Source: an uncultured delta proteobacterium
GTDB taxonomy: Bacteria; Desulfobacterota; Syntrophia; Syntrophales; Smithellaceae
DNA length: 64,000 bases
Reading direction: 5' to 3'
Assembly (NCBI GenBank): GCA_963705555.1
Contig: CAVPJZ010000001.1
Location: 449,009-513,008 of the forward strand
The notes beneath the pieces were generated by a model that had not been told where the DNA came from, ran no database searches, and saw nothing but the letters and a program-made list of their open reading frames with translations. The first letter of the stretch is position 1. Every line of letters begins with the position of its first letter. Position numbers and translations under genes: made by a program. Of this stretch, positions 9,427 through 17,938 are shown piece after piece.

Positions 9427-10166
9427 GGATTGTCCTCCAATGCATCATGCTGGTGGCAGATGATGTGTTGACTCATTGGTCCGAAAAGTCCTGTCATATC
9501 CGGTGAAGTGCAAAAATCTTCAAATGTTCCCGCAAAAATTACTTTCTTGTCGAGATAGAGAAGATTTCGGGCATATTTACCGATGCTCCCTATGTCATGG
9601 GTAATAAGAACGATAGTTGTGCCGTGAGCACGATTCAATTCCTCGGTGAGCGAGTAAAAAATATCTCTTGTTTCTGGATCAAGAGCGGTTGTCGGCTCAT
9701 CGAAGATAAGCAGTTCCGGCCGGCTGACTAGTGCGTGCGCCAGCATTACCCGCTGTTGTTCGCCGTAAGAGAGCTCACCGATCAGGCGGGAAGAAAGATG
9801 CTTAATTCCCATAAGTTCAAGAACCTGTTCCAAGTTTTGCGCGTTTTTATTCCGCAGTCCCAGTTGGACTATTTCTTCAACATTGCCGGGGAAATGTGTG
9901 TTTAAGGCATTTAACTTCTGGGGCAGATAACCGATTTTATTCCACTCACGAAAAGAAGAAAGCGGCTGACCGAAAAGACTGATGGAGCCTTTCTGCGGCT
10001 GCAGGATGCCCAGAATGTTTTTAATCAGAGTGCTTTTTCCCGAACCATTTGGTCCCACAATGCCCATATAATCGCCTTTTTTCACGGCAAAGGAAATATT
10101 GCTCAGGACTTCCAGTCCGTTGAAACAGAAGGTCATATTTTCGGCGCTGATCAAGTTTACGGACAT
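9423..10166 (-). CDS. metal ABC transporter ATP-binding protein, ZnuC-like
   Basis: Walker A GPNGSGKST, signature LSYGEQQR, Walker B LLIFDEP. Confidence 0.9.
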   Translation of the reverse strand: MSVNLISAENMTFCFNGLEVLSNISFAVKKGDYMGIVGPNGSGKSTLIKNILGILQPQKGSISLFGQPLSSFREWNKIGYLPQKLNALNTHFPGNVEEIVQLGLRNKNAQNLEQVLELMGIKHLSSRLIGELSYGEQQRVMLAHALVSRPELLIFDEPTTALDPETRDIFYSLTEELNRAHGTTIVLITHDIGSIGKYARNLLYLDKKVIFAGTFEDFCTSPDMTGLFGPMSQHIICHQHDALEDNP

Positions 10167-11087
10167 AACAATCCCTTTTTTAAATTTTTCAAATTCTCTT
10201 CCATTAACAAGAGAAAGGATACCCCTTTTTTTATATCATCCTTGCTTATATCGTGGCCATTGCTGAGTTTCAGCAAACCCGCACCTGTTTCTTTGGCAAT
10301 AGTTTGCGCCAGGCGCGGAGCGGTCAGGTCTTCATAATAAAGGTAACGTATCTTTTGCTTTTTTATTTGTTCGATTAGAGTAAAAATATTTTGCGGCAGA
10401 GGTTCAGATTCGACCGATGCATTATAAGCTGCAATATATTTTAAGTTATATTTTTTGGCCAAATAAGCAAAAGCCCAGTGTCCGGCGTGCAAAATTGTTT
10501 TGGTCCGGCATTTGGCCAGTTCAGAGTTATATCTTCGATCCAGAGCAGCCAATTTCAATTTGTATTGAGCGGCGTTTTTTATATAATAGTCGCTGTTACG
10601 CTGATCCTTTTTGATAAAAGACATGGTAATATTATCCACCATTTTTTGAGCATTATCCAAATCCAGCCAGATGTGCGGATCGAACTTATAATTTTTATTT
10701 TCCTGGTCTTCTTCACTGAGCGGCAGCAGGAAAACGCCCGCGCCGGTTTCTACCGCCAGCATATTCGTATTGTTCCGCCGATCCCTGGATGATTTTATAA
10801 GCCCATTGTTCCATTTCAAAGTTGGTGAAAAGAAAAATATCGCTTTTACACACTTTAATTATGTCATTGGGTTTCAGCTCATAATGATGCGCATCTGTTG
10901 CCGGCGGCAAAATCATGGTTACATCGATTTTATTTCCGCCGATAATCCGGGCGAAATCATAAAGGGGAAAAATCGTGGCCATTACTTTTAATTTGTTATC
11001 CGCCGCGTGTGTTTCTTTCGTGGGCTGACAGGATAAAATAATTAAGGAAAGGCAAAGAAGGAAAACGAATATATTTTTTAAAGACAT
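10157..11087 (-). pseudogene. periplasmic metal-binding lipoprotein (ZnuA/TroA family), one frame break near 10720-10810
   Basis: Signal peptide/lipobox MSLKNIFVFLLCLSLIILSCQ. Also ATIFPLYDFARIIGG, DAHHYELKP, and a C-terminal part in ORF 10157-10819. Confidence 0.8.
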
Positions 11088-11092
11088 AATCT

Positions 11093-11563
11093 TCACACCT
11101 GTTTGTTTTGCTGTTTTTGCAACTTGGTTGCATTTCTGCATATGGCGCAAAGGCCGGATATATTGATTTCGATATGGTCAATGCTGTAATCATCTTTCCC
11201 GGAAATTAGCTGACGAGCTTGGGAAAAGGTCAGAGGTTCCATGCAGCTCAACTCTCCGCAGTTCCGGCAGTTAAAATGAGGATGCACAGGATTTTCCAGC
11301 GAAGCCATTTCAAAATAATTAGTGCCGCCGGGAGAAGCTATTTCACGGGCAATACCATGTTGTTTAAAGAGAGACAGAATACGATAAATAGTGACTCTAT
11401 CAATGCGTGCTTTGGCCGCAAGTGTTTGACTTATATCGCGTACACTTAAAGGTGTTGTTGCTTCGAACAATAAGGTCAAAACAGCAATACGCTGCGGTGT
11501 TTTAGAAAGTCCGGCATTTTGCAAAGTAAACAAGACATCTTTATATTTCTTATTCATATTCAT
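11093..11563 (-). CDS. Fur-family metalloregulator (Zur-like by context)
   Basis: 156 aa. Winged-helix part KTPQRIAVLTLL...VTIYRIL. HPHFNCRNCGELSC and CAICR metal-site cysteines. It is the first gene of the metal ABC operon. Confidence 0.85.
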   Translation of the reverse strand: MNMNKKYKDVLFTLQNAGLSKTPQRIAVLTLLFEATTPLSVRDISQTLAAKARIDRVTIYRILSLFKQHGIAREIASPGGTNYFEMASLENPVHPHFNCRNCGELSCMEPLTFSQARQLISGKDDYSIDHIEINISGLCAICRNATKLQKQQNKQV

Positions 11564-11582
11564 GGCCGGTATTTATCAATAA

Positions 11583-11597
11583 TGCAACAGAGTTGCA
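11583..11597. promoter_or_regulatory. 6-3-6 palindrome TGCAAC-aga-GTTGCA in the divergent fur/hemerythrin intergenic region; candidate operator
   Basis: Perfect inverted repeat 20 nt upstream of the fur-family start codon. Confidence 0.35.
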
Positions 11598-11607
11598 ACA
11601 ATTATTT

Positions 11608-11636
11608 TTGGCTATCGACTTGGTTTGTGCTATAAA
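11608..11636 (+). promoter_or_regulatory. candidate sigma70 promoter (TTGGCT-17 nt-TATAAA) for the hemerythrin-like gene
   Basis: Hexamers and spacing read from the sequence, about 50 nt upstream of the ATG at 11688. Confidence 0.4.
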
Positions 11637-11687
11637 TAGCAGCCAAATTGAAAGTCTAGAATTAACTGCGGCAAAGGAGGAGAGTTT

Positions 11688-12230
11688 ATGAAACCAATTG
11701 GGCCATTGATGTGGGAACATAGATTGATTGAGAAAATGCTCGGCTCGGTGATGCGCCATATTGATCAAGTCGAAAAAAGCAGGAAAGTTAATCCCCTTAT
11801 AATAGATATAGCTGTCGATTTTATCCGTACCTACGCTGACCGCACCCACCACGGGAAGGAAGAGGAAATTCTCTTTAGAGATTTGGCCAAGAAGAATCTC
11901 ACGCCGGAACTAAAGAAAATCATGCAGGAGTTGCTCGACGAGCATGTATGGGCGCGCAAGACAACAGGGATGCTGGTGGCGGCTAAAGAAAAATATTTGC
12001 AAGGCGACAAAGAAAAGCTTGCCGGGATAATAGACCTCGCGCGGCAGTTAGGCGATTTTTACCCGAAGCATATCGAAAAGGAAGACAAGCATTTCTTCTA
12101 TCCCTGCCAGGAATACTTCAACAAAGACGAGCAGGGAAAGATGCTGGCCGAATTTTGGGAATTCGATCGCAAAATGATTCACGAAAAATATAATAAAGTC
12201 GTCGAGGGATACTCCGGGCTCAGCCCTTAG
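11688..12230 (+). CDS. hemerythrin-like (HHE cation-binding) domain protein
   Basis: 180 aa. MWEHRLIE, ADRTHHGKEEEILF and HIEKEDKHFF are His/Glu-rich helix motifs. GGAGG SD. Confidence 0.75.
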   Translation: MKPIGPLMWEHRLIEKMLGSVMRHIDQVEKSRKVNPLIIDIAVDFIRTYADRTHHGKEEEILFRDLAKKNLTPELKKIMQELLDEHVWARKTTGMLVAAKEKYLQGDKEKLAGIIDLARQLGDFYPKHIEKEDKHFFYPCQEYFNKDEQGKMLAEFWEFDRKMIHEKYNKVVEGYSGLSP

Positions 12231-12291
12231 TTTATGCCGGTTCTAAATCAAAGACGATATCGAGGCGGCGAGGAGTAGGCGACGAGGCGTA

Positions 12292-13011
12292 TTATATATA
12301 CGTTGAGGACGCCTGCGACGAGTCAACAAAGATAGCGCTTTGATGTAGAACTGGAATTAGTATTTCCAGCCCAGGAATCCGATAGCGAGTAATATTCATC
12401 AAAATCGGCACGGCGTAAATGATGCTTACAGCCATGATTTTAGTTTTCAGCTTTTTCAGGCTGATCACTAAAATAGCCCAGCAGAAGAAATGGAAGTAGC
12501 CGATAAGAAAGATCAGCCAGACGCCCTTAAAGGATAAGTTCCAGAAAGGGTATTCCCAGACGAGGAGTCCGCCGATATTCAAAAAGCATTCGATGAATAC
12601 GCAAAAAGCGCTGTAGCCGATGGCCACAGCCCATTTCTCCGGCAAACCGAGAATTTTCTCTTTTTTGCTTTTCGAGAGGCTGTGGTAGTAGATAATACCC
12701 AAAAGCAGAAACATGAACATTATTTCGATATTCCATCCCACCAGTGTTCGGAGCGCCGTATCTCCCGGAGTTGTCCAGAAAGCGGAGCGTTGGGTAAGAT
12801 ACATAACCCAGCTGTTCCACGTTTCATTGAAGAAATCTGCGCCGAAAATTGCCAGACCGGCCAGGACGACATCCCAGTTTTTAGTCTGACGCGCTTCCTT
12901 TATTTCCTTAACATAAACATAAAAGACAAAAGCTAGAAGAGGGATTATGTACCATTTAAGCATGGTAAGATCTCTGATGGAGCTTAAAGCTTGCTGGGTT
13001 GCTGGTGTCAT
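12292..13011 (-). CDS. integral membrane protein of unknown function
   Basis: About 239 aa from MTPATQQ (AGGAGG SD) with 6-7 predicted TM helices. No recognisable motif. Confidence 0.6.
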   Translation of the reverse strand: MTPATQQALSSIRDLTMLKWYIIPLLAFVFYVYVKEIKEARQTKNWDVVLAGLAIFGADFFNETWNSWVMYLTQRSAFWTTPGDTALRTLVGWNIEIMFMFLLLGIIYYHSLSKSKKEKILGLPEKWAVAIGYSAFCVFIECFLNIGGLLVWEYPFWNLSFKGVWLIFLIGYFHFFCWAILVISLKKLKTKIMAVSIIYAVPILMNITRYRIPGLEILIPVLHQSAIFVDSSQASSTYI

Positions 13012-13229
13012 ATGACCTCCTTTCAAATATCTCAATCTGTTGCAGGATTATACTATAACGTTGTATAAACAAAAAGAAATAAATTTGTTAATTTCAGCGC
13101 TGGATTTTTATGTAAAATGTGTTTAAATAGGCTCCAATAGGGTAGAAGAAATTCATAAAGGTCGACAAACTATTTTTTTATGGTGCCGGCGTTAAAAGGT
13201 ATGACTAAAGATAAAGGAGAGAATAGCCT

Positions 13230-14228
13230 TTGATCCTTACCGGTAAATTGAAGATAGCCCTTCTAATTTTGCTCACTATCTTTATAGTCGGCACAATCGG
13301 TTTTCATTTTATTGAAGAATGGAATTTTGTCGACTCCTTTTATGTCACGATTACCACTTTATCGACTGTAGGCTATGGTGATTTCGTGCCGAGAACAACG
13401 GAAGGGAAGTTTTTTGCGGTTTTTATAATTATTTTTGGCGTAGGCACGATGCTTTATTCGTTCGGCCTGATTTCGGAAGAAGTAATTGAGGGCCGCTTAC
13501 GCAAATTATTGGGGAGGGGTAAATTGGAAAAAATGATTGAAAAAATGAGTAATCATTATATTATTTGCGGTTGCGGCCGTATCGGTTTCTTGATTTGCCG
13601 CGAATTAGCCGCGGAAAAAGTGCCTTGTGTGGTCATCGATAACAATCCCGACGTTATCCAGAAGGTTCAGGACGAGGGGTTTATTTACTGTAAGGGCGAT
13701 GCAACACAGGATAAAACTTTAATTGAAGCGGGAATCGAACGGGCCAAGGGTATTGTTTGCGTGTTGCCGTCGGACGCGGAAAATCTTTACGTTATTTTAA
13801 CGGCAAAGGAACTCAACCAGAATATATATATAATGTCCCGTTCCGAGGAAGAAGAATCGGAGCACAGACTCATTAGGGCGGGAGCGGATAGAGTTATGTC
13901 GCCCTATACGCTGGGCGGTGTGCGGATGGCCATGGCCATTTTACGTCCGGCCATGCTGGACTTTATTGAAATAACGACCCGCAGGCAAAGTTTGGAGTTG
14001 CGCATGGAAGAAATTTCCGTGTGCAAGGGATCCCCGATTATTGGCATGTCGCTGGAGGAATCAGGAATACGTCAACATTACGGATTGATAATTGTTGCTG
14101 TTAAAAAAGATTCGGGAAAGATGATCTTCAATCCACTGGCTGACTATCTTATTGCCGAAAGCGATAGGTTGATAGCCATGGGCGAGGATGAAAACGTAAA
14201 AAGATTTGCTCAAGTATGCCTCATATAG
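13230..14228 (+). CDS. potassium channel with RCK/TrkA-N domain (MthK/Kch-like)
   Basis: Selectivity filter TLSTVGYGD after 2 TM helices. Rossmann motif IICGCGRIG, then a C-terminal TrkA-C-like region. Confidence 0.88.
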   Translation: MILTGKLKIALLILLTIFIVGTIGFHFIEEWNFVDSFYVTITTLSTVGYGDFVPRTTEGKFFAVFIIIFGVGTMLYSFGLISEEVIEGRLRKLLGRGKLEKMIEKMSNHYIICGCGRIGFLICRELAAEKVPCVVIDNNPDVIQKVQDEGFIYCKGDATQDKTLIEAGIERAKGIVCVLPSDAENLYVILTAKELNQNIYIMSRSEEEESEHRLIRAGADRVMSPYTLGGVRMAMAILRPAMLDFIEITTRRQSLELRMEEISVCKGSPIIGMSLEESGIRQHYGLIIVAVKKDSGKMIFNPLADYLIAESDRLIAMGEDENVKRFAQVCLI

Positions 14229-14241
14229 TAAGGAGAAAAAT

Positions 14242-14940
14242 ATGAAAAATAATTGTTTGTTTGTCCTAAAGAAAATTGCAGTGCTTGTTTTGATAGCTTT
14301 TGGTTTGGGCATATCAGGTTGTGCTACTGCCGCCAGCCTTTACAGCGTCGATATGCGGTATACGGCGGCCGAGGCCATTATCCCGGCATATTTAAAAGCC
14401 GATGAAAAAACACGTGACGCTATTATTAATGTAGCGGAATTCATCGACACACGCCGGTTGGATGATAAAAAAATAATCGGTCGAGTGATAGAGAGAGACG
14501 GCACGAAACCTCTTGTATTCCCCAAGTATGTTATACCGACCAAAGCCGTCGCTAACGGCATTAAAGAATATTTGAAAAAAGCCGGTTATAAAGTTGCCGA
14601 TAAGCTTGTGCGATGGGATTTAAAAGAAGAAACCATGCCGAAGGGGTCCGGCAAAGTTCTTATAGGCGGGAACATTGAAGAGCTCGAAGTATCTTGCGAG
14701 CGCGGTGTTTTTTCTAATTCTTATAAAATCAGTTTGAAGTTGACCATTATTTTTGCGGATTTGGCCAAAGGCAAGATATTATATAAAAGCAAAGTGGAAA
14801 GCGCATCTTCCAGAGATGATATTTCCTTTTCTGAAGAGTGGCTCGGAAAACAGGTCAGTACTGCTCTGGGCGATGCCATTGAAAAAGTATTTCAAGAAAA
14901 GGCTGTAGCGGAAAAGATAAAAGAAGCCATCACCCAATAA
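14242..14940 (+). CDS. lipoprotein of unknown function
   Basis: Signal peptide with lipobox LGISGC. AAGGAG SD 7 nt upstream of the ATG at 14242. Confidence 0.7.
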   Translation: MKNNCLFVLKKIAVLVLIAFGLGISGCATAASLYSVDMRYTAAEAIIPAYLKADEKTRDAIINVAEFIDTRRLDDKKIIGRVIERDGTKPLVFPKYVIPTKAVANGIKEYLKKAGYKVADKLVRWDLKEETMPKGSGKVLIGGNIEELEVSCERGVFSNSYKISLKLTIIFADLAKGKILYKSKVESASSRDDISFSEEWLGKQVSTALGDAIEKVFQEKAVAEKIKEAITQ

Positions 14941-14949
14941 ATTTACCCC

Positions 14950-15349
14950 GTCAATGACACTCGCTAAGAACGAGCGTAGCGAAGTAGTGAGTCCCAAATT
15001 TAAGAAACTTAGAGCACTGAAATTTGCAGGACGAACTATCCCAGGAACGAAGAGACGCGGGATTTGAAGCGTAAGTGGAATTAATGAGACTCATGTTTTA
15101 GAAACGCAGTGAACTAAAACATGTAAGCCGAATTAATCCCGCCCAAGCGGAGGGTATCGCAGATACCCGTGGTCAATGAAACTCAGATATTTCAAGCGCA
15201 GCACAGAAATATCTGTTAGTTGTAATGAGACTAAAACTTCAAAAGCAAAGCGCATTGAAGTTTTTTAGTCGAATTATCCAATAGCCGATGGCTATTGGAA
15301 ATTATCCCACCACAGGTGGGGCTGATCCCGATAGCGAAGCGTATCGGGG
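14950..15349 (+). repeat. mosaic hairpin-module array B (about 10 modules)
   Basis: Leader GTCAATGACACTCGCT. Type I modules at 14987-15042, 15083-15140, 15175-15223 and 15224-15280. ATCC(C) hairpins follow: CCAATAGCC/GGCTATTGG, CCCACC/GGTGGG, CCCGATA/TATCGGG. Confidence 0.88.
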
Positions 15350-15372
15350 TTGACACCTTTAAGTAACGCAAC

Positions 15373-15903
15373 ATGAACTACGTTTACGTTTTAAAAATAG
15401 AGCGCCGTCTCTCGTTTCCCGCAATATTACTGCTTTTGCTGATGACAGCCTTATCCATGATGCCTGGTAATGTTTGGGGAGATGAAATTTACACGCACAT
15501 GGATAAGGATGGCACTATAGTTATAACAAACAGACCTCCTCCTCAAGAAAATATTAAGCCCAATCCCCAGAATAATAATTCGTATCAAGATTCAACCTCA
15601 GAGGATCGCTTGCATTGGGGAAGGGACAATGCATTAATTGATGAACAGAACAGAGATAAAAGTGGAAAACGTAAAAAAGTTAATGATGGTAGAGGTATTG
15701 ACGCCGGTAGATATAATGTGAAAATTAAGAAAATCGGCAGTAATTTATATCAGGATACTGATACACGCATTATTATCAAAACCAGCGATTGTGCTGAGCT
15801 GGCAGGCAAGGATGGATCTTTATTGGATTGGACTGGTGTTTCCGGCGAACTCTATTTCAAAAATACGAACAAGTCATGTATAGTTATAAAAGTTTATAAA
15901 TAA
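15373..15903 (+). CDS. secreted protein, DUF4124-like N-terminus
   Basis: Signal peptide ..LLLLLMTALSMMPGNVWG, then IYTHMDKDGTIVITNRPP and a low-complexity linker. The start codon is uncertain. Confidence 0.55.
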   Translation: MNYVYVLKIERRLSFPAILLLLLMTALSMMPGNVWGDEIYTHMDKDGTIVITNRPPPQENIKPNPQNNNSYQDSTSEDRLHWGRDNALIDEQNRDKSGKRKKVNDGRGIDAGRYNVKIKKIGSNLYQDTDTRIIIKTSDCAELAGKDGSLLDWTGVSGELYFKNTNKSCIVIKVYK

Positions 15904-16111
15904 ATATGGAATAACTCATTGAAAAAGAACGGGGATGGGAAAGCGGTATTTGAAAAATCGCTTAAAACGCTTCCTGTCTCTAACGGGGTGAATGAGGTAA
16001 CCGCAAAAGATGAAACCGAATGGCAAGCCAACGGGATAAATCTCTAACGGGGTAACGGGACGAGGGAATAATTGATTAATACGACTCTTTGTTATTGAAA
16101 GGAGGTTAGTG

Positions 16112-16600
16112 ATGAAGATTAACGAATATGTGAAGAACACGATAGTCGGGCTGGGCACGCTGGCCTTAGTCAGCGGCTGCGCATCTTATGGCAAGATCAT
16201 CAAAAGTGAGGAAGTGAAGAGCATCCCGAACAAAAAGTTTGAAAAAATTATAGCGCTGAGATTGCCGGAAGGTGAACCGGTTAATCCAAATGCCGGATTT
16301 GTCTATGTCTTACGGGAAGGAAAAATCAGTACAGACTACCCCCGCGAGGAGTTCTTAAAAAACCTTGATGGCTTGCTCAAACACGAGCAGTCAAGCAGGA
16401 CGTACCACATGGGCAAATTCATCATCAAGGACAGCGAGGGCAAGGTGCACGGCTACTATGAAATGCTGCCCAATTACAGAGCAGTCATTTGGGAACGCAA
16501 GGATGATATCCTGTTGCAGGTCGTAATTCCCTATAATCTAACGGACCACGATGGAATTGATCGCAGTGGGAAGATGGGCGGAGGGCATGGTGGTAAATGA
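16112..16600 (+). CDS. lipoprotein of unknown function
   Basis: Lipobox LALVSGC. GGAGG SD 6 nt upstream of the ATG at 16112. Glycine-rich C-terminus. Confidence 0.65.
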   Translation: MKINEYVKNTIVGLGTLALVSGCASYGKIIKSEEVKSIPNKKFEKIIALRLPEGEPVNPNAGFVYVLREGKISTDYPREEFLKNLDGLLKHEQSSRTYHMGKFIIKDSEGKVHGYYEMLPNYRAVIWERKDDILLQVVIPYNLTDHDGIDRSGKMGGGHGGK

Positions 16601-16623
16601 ACCTGCGGGTAACGAGGGATTCA

Positions 16624-16705
16624 TCTCTAATGGGAATTAGAATGTTGGATCATATCATCATCGGCGATGGCGAGTATTATAGCTTTGTCAATGACACTCG
16701 CTGAT
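16624..16705 (+). pseudogene. radC: internally deleted radC remnant (5-prime ISNG codons joined to the last about 22 codons)
   Basis: Translates to [26 protein letters not shown]. It is about 85% identical at nt level to 17832-17890 of the full radC. Confidence 0.75.
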
Positions 16706-16958
16706 AATGAGACCCAAGCTTCAGGAACAAAGTGCATAACCTAAAGGTCACTGCCGCTGAAACTTGCGGGACGTAATGAGACTAAAACTTCAAAAGCAAA
16801 GCGCATTGAAGTTTTTTAGCCGAATGAATGAAACTCAAATACTACAAACGAAGTGTTGTAGTATTTGTTAGCTGAATTCATCCTGCAGCCAAAGGCTGTC
16901 AGGGCTATCCAATAGCTAAAGGTTATTGGAAACTATCCCGGGCGCGATGCGCCGTGGG
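16687..16958 (+). repeat. mosaic hairpin-module array D (about 7 modules)
   Basis: Same leader GTCAATGACACTCGCT. Type I modules at 16706-16774, 16775-16826 (1 mismatch to 15222-15275) and 16827-16884 (11-bp stem). ATCC hairpins follow. Confidence 0.88.
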
Positions 16959-16990
16959 AAACAAGGGCGCAAGCGAAAATACAGAGCTTT

Positions 16991-17101
16991 ATGATAAATA
17001 ATTCATACGCATGGATGGGCGGACAGTGGTGGATTTGGGCGGTGCTCGCCGTACTGCTGGTGGTCGCTGTCGTGATTAAAAAGCTGTTCAGAAGGAAATA
17101 A
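16991..17101 (+). CDS. hypothetical 36-aa single-TM peptide (MINNSYAWMGGQWWIWAVLAVLLVVAVVIKKLFRRK)
   Basis: Short ORF with a hydrophobic core and a basic tail. No clear SD. Confidence 0.25.
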   Translation: MINNSYAWMGGQWWIWAVLAVLLVVAVVIKKLFRRK

Positions 17102-17197
17102 AAAGACGATGCCTGGAAAAAATAAATCAAAGGGGATTTATCCCGTTAGAGATAAGCGGGTTAATGCAGTATGTTTAAGTATCAATGAGCACCTAAA

Positions 17198-17938
17198 ATG
17201 ACAAATAAACCAAAAGAAAAGAAAATCTCTAACGGGATAAAATCCTGGCCCAAAGATGACCGGCCGAGGGAGAAGCTGCTCAAAAAAGGCGCGGGAGCGC
17301 TGAGCAATTCCGAGCTTTTAGCGATACAGCTGCGCACCGGCGTCCAGGGCAATAGCGCCATTGATTTGGCCAGAAAGATGCTGGCTAAGTTTGGTACTTT
17401 CCGCAACATGAGCCACTCTGATATCCGCGATTGGAAAGAATTTAAGGGTTTGGGCCCGGCCAAAATCGCGCAAATTAAAGCCGCCCTCGAAATCGGTCGG
17501 CGTTTCCGCGAAGACGAAGTCGTAAGCGCCAAGCAAAAAATTGCCACTGCCGGGGATGTTGTCGATATCATCATGCCGCAAATGCGCGACCTCAAGACTG
17601 AAGTTTTTAAAGTTGTCTATCTCAACAGCAACAACGGAATCATCGATATTGCCGATGCCGCCGTAGGCACTGTCAATCAGGCCGCGCCGATTGTGCGGGA
17701 AATTATCCATGCGGCATTACAGAAATTTGCCGCCTCTATCATCTGTGTTCACAATCACCCCAGCGCGAATATTACACCCAGCCCGGAAGATAAAAAAATT
17801 ACGGCCGAGCTGACAGCCGCATGCAATGTAATGGGAATCAGGATGCTGGATCATATCATCATCGGCGACGGGAATTACTTTAGCTTTGCGGATGCAGGGA
17901 ATAATGGAGTAGCATGGCAATTAATAATTAGAGGAAGA
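17198..17938 (+). CDS. radC: RadC-like JAB/MPN domain protein, with no in-frame stop before hsdR (read-through or indel artefact)
   Basis: HhH region [31 protein letters not shown] motif [19 protein letters not shown]. Both alternative frames have stops at 17902-17912. Confidence 0.85.

Noticed and set aside
15977-17236. Integron-like gene cassettes bounded by the TCTCTAAC core (resembling RYYYAAC/GTTRRRY).
   Set aside because: The core mismatches the consensus at the R and Y positions. No attC-type imperfect hairpin follows the ORFs. No intI or any other recombinase is in the window. The copies are better explained as radC 5-prime fragments.
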